Source: an uncultured delta proteobacterium (lineage in GTDB: Bacteria > Desulfobacterota > Binatia > UBA9968). Taken from it: DNA of 64,000 nt. Shown piece by piece: positions 30,409 through 38,252 of this stretch; positions within the stretch are counted from its first letter, which is position 1; the number at the start of each line of letters is the position of its first letter. Both the position numbers and the translations under genes were made by a program. Under the pieces are notes generated by a model. The model was given only the letters and a program-made list of their open reading frames with translations. It was not told the DNA's origin and did no database searches. The stretch spans positions 128,001-192,000 of the forward strand of contig CAWDPO010000002.1 in NCBI GenBank assembly GCA_963804165.1, given 5' to 3'.

Positions 30409-32658
30409 TTATTTTTCGTCTATGGGGATCACGCCCGTCCAAGACCCATCAGGTGGATGCATCCGGTACTCCTTACAAAGTTTAAGGTAGAACAGTGACA
30501 GGCTATCTGCGCCGAGAATATCGATGCATTCATGAAATTTCTTTTCGGCATCGTCCCAAGCGCGCCGTCGGAATGCGCCTAGGGCGTCGGAAAAGATAGC
30601 GCAAGCCTGCTTCTGATTTTCATTGGCATCTTCCGCCCGATCTAGCAATTCGTAAACTACGACCGGCTGTGTCTTACCTCTCAGCAAGAAGCTCCCCGCG
30701 TTTCTCGTCATAAAATCATTTAAATCGTGGACGACCTCTTGAGAAACCAATATCTGAGTCCCTAGATATTTATTTAGACCGTCCAGCCGAGCCACTGTGT
30801 TGACCGTATCCCCCGTAACGCCATACTCATAATGATCCCCGGCGCCCATGTTGCCGAGGTATATTTCGCCGGCGTGGACCGCAATGCGGGTCGGAAGACT
30901 GACGCTCGCAAAGGCCTGATTGAATCGAACGACGGCTTTGGCAAGCCCCAAAGCTGCCGCACAAGCTTTTTTCCCGAGCGTCACGTCCGGACCTTGCGCC
31001 TGCCAGATAGCCAAAATCGAATCTCCCTTGAGCTCAACCACAAGACCGCCGTGTTGCTTGATCGGCTCAAAGGTGGTCTCGAAATACTCGTGCATGAGGT
31101 CGCTTAACTCCCGCGGACCCATCTTTTCCGACAGGTTCGTATAACCCGCAGCATCGGCGAACAAACAAGCACCGTAGACGGTTTGCCCGCCGCGTCTGAT
31201 ATCGACGATGTTTCGCGCCATCTGATTGACCACATCGTTCGGAACATAGTAACCCAACGCATTCCGAATATTCTGCCGTTCTTTGTTGGTTTCGAAATAA
31301 TTTAATAACATGGAGCCGACGATGCCGAGAGGCGTTTGCACAAGGAGCGGAATGACAATCGGATACCAGGTGGCTTCGGCTTTGAACTGATACTCGGCAG
31401 CCGCCAGATAGAGAAGGCTCAAAATCACAACTGCGACCGCAGCCGGTATGGTTCCGGTCGCGCGGCAGATCGTACCGATGACCATACCCCAGACGAGAAT
31501 AATGAAAATGTAGGAATATGAACTGATCGTTTTTACCGGTGAATCTTCGAGAAGATTCGCAAACGCCGTCGCGGCAATTTCCACGCCGCTGATAAATACG
31601 CCGTTGGCTTGTGAATAAACCGTATGGAAGCTGTCCTGTCGTTCCGCGAGCAAGATTTCCGAATATCCGACAAAAACAGCTTTCCCCTTGAGCTCCACCG
31701 GTTTTTTGTCGCCGGAAATTCCACCGGGGCGCAAGGCGTGATTATAGGGGACGGTCGTTAGCGTCCGGGGCGGACCGTAATAATTGAGATAGCGGCGATT
31801 TTCGCCGCCGTACATTCTTACAAGAGACTTGAGCAATCTGTACTTTTCGCCGTGGCTTGCCGCGAGATTCGAGCGCTCCAACTGCGCGATCATTTTCTCT
31901 GAAAGGGTTGGGTCGCTTTCAAAAATTTCCCTTATATCTCTCATGAATTTCGCGACGCCTCGGGCTTGTAGCCCAGTACCGACAGTCCACGGCAGCCTTC
32001 TCGCGTGCTGCGGACTGACCTTTTCGAGCAATGCAACGAAGTCGCGGTAGACCGGCAAGGCGTAAAGTTGGAACGTCACCACCGGGAAAGTGGGCAAGTC
32101 TCCCGCGCCTGACTGGAACGTCCAATACTGATTGATCCTCAAGGGAAATCTCGGCAGGACAAATGGCGCCGTGGCAAAAGCAGCCTGAGATATCGGCTGA
32201 ATTGTTCGCAACGGTTTTACAATAGTGTGCCCCATCGACCCGATGCCATCCGACGCAGGGACCTCTTCCACTCTGAGCGGCTCGGCAAGCACGACATTGC
32301 GAGCTCTATTGATCGCTGCGGCTAACGACGCGTCGCTCCCATCGGAACGGGGCTCGATAAAGTAAACGTCGAGCACTATGACCTTAGCACCTTCGCGAAC
32401 CAGTTGGTCAATAAGCTCCGCGTGGAGCGAGCGTGGCCAGCGATCTGGGTTTTGCGGCAAATTCAGACGCTCCGAGGAATCTCGGTCAATGCTGATAACG
32501 ACAACGTCGGAAGGCGCCTTGCTAACGCCCCTGAGTTTGAACAGCAACCCCAGCTCAAAGTCTTCCTCAAAGTGATGCGTGGCGGGGAAAAAACTCACCA
32601 CCAAGCCGGCTATCGCGATGAGCAAGCCAAAGACAGCGGCCTTTAGGAGGCGCAACAT
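30409..32658 (-). CDS. CHASE2-domain class III nucleotide cyclase
   Basis: DVVVISID, WPRSLHA, LKGKAVFVG, SGVEIAA (CHASE2); 3 TM; LFADAAGYT, GD, GDTVNTVARL, LRGK. Confidence 0.95.
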   Translation of the reverse strand: MLRLLKAAVFGLLIAIAGLVVSFFPATHHFEEDFELGLLFKLRGVSKAPSDVVVISIDRDSSERLNLPQNPDRWPRSLHAELIDQLVREGAKVIVLDVYFIEPRSDGSDASLAAAINRARNVVLAEPLRVEEVPASDGIGSMGHTIVKPLRTIQPISQAAFATAPFVLPRFPLRINQYWTFQSGAGDLPTFPVVTFQLYALPVYRDFVALLEKVSPQHARRLPWTVGTGLQARGVAKFMRDIREIFESDPTLSEKMIAQLERSNLAASHGEKYRLLKSLVRMYGGENRRYLNYYGPPRTLTTVPYNHALRPGGISGDKKPVELKGKAVFVGYSEILLAERQDSFHTVYSQANGVFISGVEIAATAFANLLEDSPVKTISSYSYIFIILVWGMVIGTICRATGTIPAAVAVVILSLLYLAAAEYQFKAEATWYPIVIPLLVQTPLGIVGSMLLNYFETNKERQNIRNALGYYVPNDVVNQMARNIVDIRRGGQTVYGACLFADAAGYTNLSEKMGPRELSDLMHEYFETTFEPIKQHGGLVVELKGDSILAIWQAQGPDVTLGKKACAAALGLAKAVVRFNQAFASVSLPTRIAVHAGEIYLGNMGAGDHYEYGVTGDTVNTVARLDGLNKYLGTQILVSQEVVHDLNDFMTRNAGSFLLRGKTQPVVVYELLDRAEDANENQKQACAIFSDALGAFRRRAWDDAEKKFHECIDILGADSLSLFYLKLCKEYRMHPPDGSWTGVIPIDEK

Positions 32659-32971
32659 ATTGCCGCTCCTCTTAGGTTCTCGATCCTTGCGTAGTCCTTG
32701 AAAAGCGTTGATCCTCCGCGCCTATCCCTGCCGAGACTGGATATAATCCAAGCCCCTTCATGCACGCAAGGCGCGCTCCGACGACGCAAAGCCAACGTGG
32801 CATGCTCCAACGCAACTCGTGTGCCGCGAGCTTTCTGTCTAGTAATCATTAACACAAGCTATGAAATCTAAGGAAATTACCTATTAGCAGTAGATTGACG
32901 AAGCATACGCATGTGCTTTAGTTCACGCCGGCGGCTACTAAAGTTTACAGTGCGAGACAAACTGGCAATGG

Positions 32972-34144
32972 CTAGAGAGGACCTTGCGGTAAGCGGCCGT
33001 TTGCTATGTCGCCCCGCTGGGCATCGGAAAAGGGCTGTTCCAATAACCGCGTATCCTGCTGCCGGGCCCGGAACAGACTCAGAATAAATTGCATGCGTTC
33101 AGAGATATCGGCCCAATCAACGGCTCCGCTAGCCAATGCGGTATTTCCATCGGCTCGATATTTCGCTAAGAAAAAGCGGAGATCCGGGTTGTCAATGAAT
33201 TGGAGATCAGCGGGAAAAAGCGATCGGCCCGGCAAGGGCCGCAAGTCTTTTCCCAAGTGAATTTCGCCGTCCGGCAAGCGCAGCGTCATAAAGACACGTG
33301 TCACACATTCGCGCCATATCCGATTCAACTCAGCATTCATTTCGGCGATAACCGGGTCGATCTCGCTAGCAAGCATACGGCCCAATCGCTTGCGCAGATT
33401 TTCTGAATACCTGCCGCCCGGGCCGCCATCGAACAACGACCGCAGCGCCGCGTCGAACGGCAGCTTCAGGGCTCCGGCGATGGCCGGTTGCAGCCGCACT
33501 TGTTCATGTAGCCCGGTTTCGGCGTTGGCGAGCAGAAAAAGGTCCGCTTTGCGATCCCCCTGGACCTCAAACTTTGCTTGATAAAAATGACGAACTGCGT
33601 CGCGCAGCAAACCCTGGCCGCCCTGTTCCGGCGGCCCGGGCCTCAAATTCAACTCGTCCAGCAAACTCTCGAGAATCCCGGCGTCGTAAGCCGTGCCTGC
33701 TCGAAAACGCGTGCACATAACGGTGAACAACGGGCCGAGCTCGGCGAACACCGCAAGATTGCCGGCTGCAATATCACGGCTTACCTCCACAGTTGGCGCC
33801 GCCAATGCTTGGACAATCGCCAGCCGACCGAGTCCTGCCGTGGCGTCAACGCGCCGTAGCAGCGTATTGATGCGATCGAGTTTTTCCGCCAACCTGCGGT
33901 CGCCCTGCAGTGCATCCCGAAACATCGCCACCAGCTCGCCGCGGATAAAACGTCCGGCCGTTTTCGAAGCCCACGTCGCGAACGTGCACCAGTTGACGTT
34001 TATTTCTGCGTTCGCCGACGCGATCGCCCGAGAGAGATCATGATAGCATTGGGTAATTTTCAGGTTTCGAATGACCGGCTCGCCGTCGAGCGCGATGATC
34101 GAATCAATCTCCTGCCGAGACGGCGGCTGTAACGATTCAATCAT
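32972..34144 (-). CDS. hypothetical protein (NWCTFATWASK motif)
   Basis: 390-aa intact ORF with RNLKITQCY, NWCTFATWASK, GNLAVF, GLHEQVRLQP, DWA...RM; function unknown. Confidence 0.8.
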   Translation of the reverse strand: MIESLQPPSRQEIDSIIALDGEPVIRNLKITQCYHDLSRAIASANAEINVNWCTFATWASKTAGRFIRGELVAMFRDALQGDRRLAEKLDRINTLLRRVDATAGLGRLAIVQALAAPTVEVSRDIAAGNLAVFAELGPLFTVMCTRFRAGTAYDAGILESLLDELNLRPGPPEQGGQGLLRDAVRHFYQAKFEVQGDRKADLFLLANAETGLHEQVRLQPAIAGALKLPFDAALRSLFDGGPGGRYSENLRKRLGRMLASEIDPVIAEMNAELNRIWRECVTRVFMTLRLPDGEIHLGKDLRPLPGRSLFPADLQFIDNPDLRFFLAKYRADGNTALASGAVDWADISERMQFILSLFRARQQDTRLLEQPFSDAQRGDIANGRLPQGPL

Positions 34145-34210
34145 AAGCTTATCTTACAATAATTCCGGGACAGATCCTCCCGATCCGCGTGCGTCGAATC
34201 ATTACCAAAC

Positions 34211-35365
34211 TTACGCTTTGTAGCTACACGCCTTCGCCAACCAGTTTGTGGTGAGTTTGGCCGGCGTAATCTTCACAAGGAAATTGCGCATTGCGCACGC
34301 CAGCGGGTTTTCCAACTGCCCGACGCGCCCGATCCTCCGTGATTGCCCGGCGATCCAGGCGGTGCGTGGCATGCGCTCGTTCTCGTAGCGCGTCAAGGCC
34401 GCGGATAATGAGATCTCTTCGGCCAAGCAGCGGGCGAGTGTCACCGCGCTTTCGATGGCCATGCACGCCCCCTGTCCCATGTTGGGCGTTGTGGGCTGCG
34501 CCGCGTCGCCGAGGAGCACCACGCGCTCGTTGCTCCAGCATCTGAGCGGCGCCATATCGTAAATGTCGTTATGGAGAATCTCGTCGGCAGGAGTGGCGTC
34601 GAGCAAGTGTCCGATGGGCGAATGCCAATCGCCGAAACGCTGCCGTAGAAAGTTTTTACGTTCAGCTGCGGTCTGCGATAGTCCTTCCGGGACGTTGGCG
34701 GTGGCAAACCAATAGATTCGTTGTCCATCTATGCGCGCCATGCCGAAGCGCGAGCCGCAGCCCCAACTCTCCGCGCTCCGTCCGAGCGCCGTTTTGTCTT
34801 GAGTCGCCACGACGCCACGCCACGCCGAATAACCCGAGTAGCGTAGCTCGCTCGTAGGAAACAGCCCTTGTCTAAGACTTGAATGAATGCCATCGGCGCC
34901 GACGACCAAATCGGCGCTCTCCTTCCGACCGCCGGGAAAGCTAACACTCGCGCCAGCGCCGTCCGCTTCGACACCGGTGCACCGCGAGTTCAGACAAAGC
35001 GCCCCCTCGGGCAGCGCGGAAACGAGGATTTCGTGCAAATCGGCGCGATGGATCGGCACCGCCGCCTCGCCAAAGCGTTGTTCCAGTGCCGCAAAGTTCC
35101 ATTCCGATAATAAAATTCCCGCCGAGGTGCGGATCTCGCCCCTTTCGATCCTGCCGCCGGCTTCAAGAACCGCATCAGCGAGACCGAGATAACGAAGCGC
35201 CTTGAGGGCATTGGGCCACATCACCAGCGCGGCGCCGACGGCGTTCAGTTGCGGCGCCTGTTCATAGACGACGGTTTGCACGCCGATTCGACGCAGCGCG
35301 ATGGCGGCGCACAGTCCGCCGATGCCGCCGCCGACTATAATGGCTCGCTTGATTACCGCGGGCAT
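34211..35365 (-). CDS. FAD-dependent monooxygenase (group A)
   Basis: GGGIGG, VGADGIHS, LLGDAAQPTTPNMGQG. Confidence 0.93.
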   Translation of the reverse strand: MPAVIKRAIIVGGGIGGLCAAIALRRIGVQTVVYEQAPQLNAVGAALVMWPNALKALRYLGLADAVLEAGGRIERGEIRTSAGILLSEWNFAALEQRFGEAAVPIHRADLHEILVSALPEGALCLNSRCTGVEADGAGASVSFPGGRKESADLVVGADGIHSSLRQGLFPTSELRYSGYSAWRGVVATQDKTALGRSAESWGCGSRFGMARIDGQRIYWFATANVPEGLSQTAAERKNFLRQRFGDWHSPIGHLLDATPADEILHNDIYDMAPLRCWSNERVVLLGDAAQPTTPNMGQGACMAIESAVTLARCLAEEISLSAALTRYENERMPRTAWIAGQSRRIGRVGQLENPLACAMRNFLVKITPAKLTTNWLAKACSYKA

Positions 35366-35425
35366 GAAAACTGATGGGGCGTTGATTAGATTTCGCGGCG
35401 CGACTATTTTCGTCGCCTCGTGGTC

Positions 35426-36517
35426 TTACAGGCCATAGAAGCGTCTCGGGTTGTCGGAAAGGATCTTTCGTTTCACCGCTTCGCTGAGGTCTCCGATGGC
35501 TTTGAATCGAGCGATCGCATTGAGCTCGCTCGAGGTATCGCCGTGGCCGTAGTCGGTGCCGATCAAGAGGTTATCCTCGCCCGCGTATGAAATGATGTAA
35601 GAAAAATCGTCGTCGGTCTGCGTGGACACAAAGATGTTATACGCGCGCAAGCAGTCCCGGGAAATCGGATGGGCGCTGCCCAGCGAGCGGCGCACCGCTT
35701 CGTGCACGACCCACGGCACCCACTGGCTCGACACCTCGATGAATCCCCACCGGAGTTTAGGAAACACACGCGGGATCTCACTCATGATCAGCGTGTAACA
35801 GGCCGTGACTGTCGGCACGCGAAACGTCGAAAAGCCACCGCCGGCTTCATTGGTCATTAACTTGAACAACTCCGGGCTGCCATTGGCGAGGTGAACGGTG
35901 ACGGGAAGATCGAGCCGCTCCGCCTCATCATAGATCGGGTAATAGTATGGGGCCGTCATCATCCGGTCCCGTTCGAACGGCCGCATGCAGACGCCGACGG
36001 CGCCGTGCTCTTTGGCGAAGCGAATCTGTGGAACCGCCTCTTTCGGCGTCAGCGCCGGCACGACGCAGGTCCAACGCAGCCGATCGTCTCCGAGTTTCCA
36101 AACGTCCGCCAGCCAGCGGTTCCAGCTCCAACATAAAGCAATCTCAGCGTCAGGACGCGTCGTGAGCTGCGTCAGCCACAAAGAGTTGTAGAGAACTTGA
36201 ATATCGATGCCGAGCTCGTCCATGTGTTGGAGGCGCTGTTTCACATCGGATAGCTCGCGCGCCTCGACCGGGGTATCGACCTGGCGGCCGAACCTTTTGA
36301 GATGCTCTTCAGATTGTTTTTTGTCCGGTGACGGAAACTTAACCCCGAGGTCTTCGCCGTCGAGAAACCAATTCTGCCTGTTGGGATTATCAGGGGAAGG
36401 CACGAGGGTCGGGCGATATTTCACCTCGGAAGCTTCGAGGTAATCCCACACCCGCTCGGTTTCGACCACGTGCGCATCGGCATCGATGACGTCGGCTTTA
36501 ACTGTAGGCACTGTCAC
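35426..36517 (-). CDS. amidohydrolase family 2 protein
   Basis: IDADAH, MDELGIDIQV, VH, FPKLRWGFIE, GTDYGH, NPRRFYG. Confidence 0.9.
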   Translation of the reverse strand: MTVPTVKADVIDADAHVVETERVWDYLEASEVKYRPTLVPSPDNPNRQNWFLDGEDLGVKFPSPDKKQSEEHLKRFGRQVDTPVEARELSDVKQRLQHMDELGIDIQVLYNSLWLTQLTTRPDAEIALCWSWNRWLADVWKLGDDRLRWTCVVPALTPKEAVPQIRFAKEHGAVGVCMRPFERDRMMTAPYYYPIYDEAERLDLPVTVHLANGSPELFKLMTNEAGGGFSTFRVPTVTACYTLIMSEIPRVFPKLRWGFIEVSSQWVPWVVHEAVRRSLGSAHPISRDCLRAYNIFVSTQTDDDFSYIISYAGEDNLLIGTDYGHGDTSSELNAIARFKAIGDLSEAVKRKILSDNPRRFYGL

Positions 36518-36695
36518 GCGCGATTCTCCCTCGCTGAGGCTTTACCTCAACTCGGTTCTGCTGTCTACCAACTCTTGACCGTGAGGGTCCAATCCGACCA
36601 CCACGGTCCGGAAGAAACGCCTAACGGACGAGCGCCTACGCCTCCAAGATCGCTGAGCGTGCCGTCCATAAAACGCTAACGCGAGTCAAAGTTCT

Positions 36696-36986
36696 CTATT
36701 TTATTTCGTAGCGCTTCACGGTCGTCTTACCACCTTGCAATCCGCGCGCGTGCTTCTGGATTTCCGCGTGCGCTTGGCTCTCGCGGTATTTGTCGATGTT
36801 CCCCTGGCTATCCCACTCGGAATACGAAATGAATTCCCCCGGCGCGTCGACACATTCCAAAAGCTTTTCGGATAGACAGCCGGGCTGTTTAATCATCAAA
36901 GGAGCACAATGATTCTTCCACAGATTGATCGCCTCTTTGGCCTGTTCGGATTTAACGTCAACGTAAATAAGTCTGACGATCGACAT
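36696..36986 (-). CDS. ABM-family (antibiotic biosynthesis monooxygenase) protein
   Basis: QPGCLS...SEWDS...H ferredoxin-like pattern; GGAGG RBS. Confidence 0.85.
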   Translation of the reverse strand: MSIVRLIYVDVKSEQAKEAINLWKNHCAPLMIKQPGCLSEKLLECVDAPGEFISYSEWDSQGNIDKYRESQAHAEIQKHARGLQGGKTTVKRYEIK

Positions 36987-37265
36987 AAAACCTCCTTGTC
37001 ACCTTGGGTCAATAAGAATATCACATGCCACCAAAGCCAACGCTCTTGATAATCAGCGTAGACCCGGGAAGCATCTGGATCAATAAATCTGCGCGAAAAA
37101 AGTGAGCGCTGGGTTGTCCGGCCGCGGAATGCCATCGGAGCAGTGTCGGATTATTTGTACTCAAAGGCAGATGCCGTCTGAAAAATCAGACAATACGGTC
37201 TTTACGAACCAATCAAATCCTGAATGAAATCCATCGCCACCGTTAACTTCAGTTAACCTTTCATT

Positions 37266-37280
37266 GGGCCCAATTTTTGC
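37266..37280 (+). promoter_or_regulatory. possible sigma54 promoter
   Basis: GGGCCC-AATTT-TTGC keeps the GG(-24)/GC(-12) spacing. Confidence 0.3.
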
Positions 37281-37543
37281 CTCCGCTAATCCTTAACGAT
37301 ATTCGATTCGACTGGCGTTTTTCCGAGAAGCTTCTGGCCTTCTCATGAGACGAAGTCATGCGGTTCAATTCACCCGCGAGATCGGCCTTCCTTTTTATTT
37401 CGGCGCCATGAACACGACCGCATCCAGAGCGCAATTCGCAACCACGTCATGGCAGTGTAACGGCATGTCCGTATTCGAAACAATTTCATTAGTTATAACC
37501 ACGAAGATAATAAAATTTACCCAACGGCAAGGAGGGGAAAAGT

Positions 37544-38020
37544 ATGTTTGTCGAGAATTATCGCCACGAGCAAGTCGATTCCTTGATGGGCGGCAATAAC
37601 GCAAGACCGATTCCCTACCCGAAACTCTCCGACGAGGATTGGCGCGTCTGGAATACATTTCTTCCGTTTCGGTCGGTGAATCTCGACCGTGTGGCGGCGT
37701 CCAATGCCAGGCAAGGAATGATGCTATCACTCTACGACATTCCCTATGTCGTGACCGATGAAATCCACAAGGCCGCTGAATACTTCGAGAAAATCGAAGT
37801 TTGGCGTAAGCACAAGATCGAGAAAGATCCCATCGCCGTGGGAATCGTCGGCGGGCAGCGGTACATGATTACGCGCTGGGGCATGGAAAAACTGATTCCT
37901 TTTGCCAGCATCAAAAGATCCTTACCGCTGATACTCGCGTGGCAATTCATCACTAGCCCATTGGCCGCAATGTCGGCCATGGCGGCGATCGGACTTTTGA
38001 CTTGGAGTTTGTTCGTATAA
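37544..38020 (+). CDS. hypothetical protein with C-terminal membrane anchor
   Basis: AAGGAGG RBS; DPIAVG...YMITRWG; hydrophobic tail. Confidence 0.75.
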   Translation: MFVENYRHEQVDSLMGGNNARPIPYPKLSDEDWRVWNTFLPFRSVNLDRVAASNARQGMMLSLYDIPYVVTDEIHKAAEYFEKIEVWRKHKIEKDPIAVGIVGGQRYMITRWGMEKLIPFASIKRSLPLILAWQFITSPLAAMSAMAAIGLLTWSLFV

Positions 38021-38033
38021 TTGTCGCGCTGAA

Positions 38034-38171
38034 GACTCGATGACACCGGAGTGTGAGCTCTCGGCTCGCACTCCCGCCGAGTTTTCATGATATCGGCCGG
38101 GAGGAAACACGGCCTTGCTGCGTCTCTAGGCGGCAATGATTGTCGTTGCCGCCCGCGAAGGCATTCGAGTT
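38034..38171 (+). ncRNA. candidate structured RNA (3' UTR or sRNA)
   Basis: Closing stem gactcgatg/cattcgagtt around hairpins ggagtgtgagc/gctcgcactcc and ggcggcaatga/tcgttgccgcc; strand inferred from G-U pairs. Confidence 0.4.
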
Positions 38172-38191
38172 GCTATCTCCCGTAAATAACA

Positions 38192-38233
38192 AGAGCCCCT
38201 GGGTGGTTCTTGTCCACCCAGGGGCTCTGTTTT
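38192..38233. terminator. intrinsic, probably bidirectional terminator
   Basis: Perfect 15-bp stem agagcccctgggtgg/ccacccaggggctct plus gtttt, between convergent genes. Confidence 0.85.
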
Positions 38234-38252
38234 CAACCTACTCTACGTTGCC

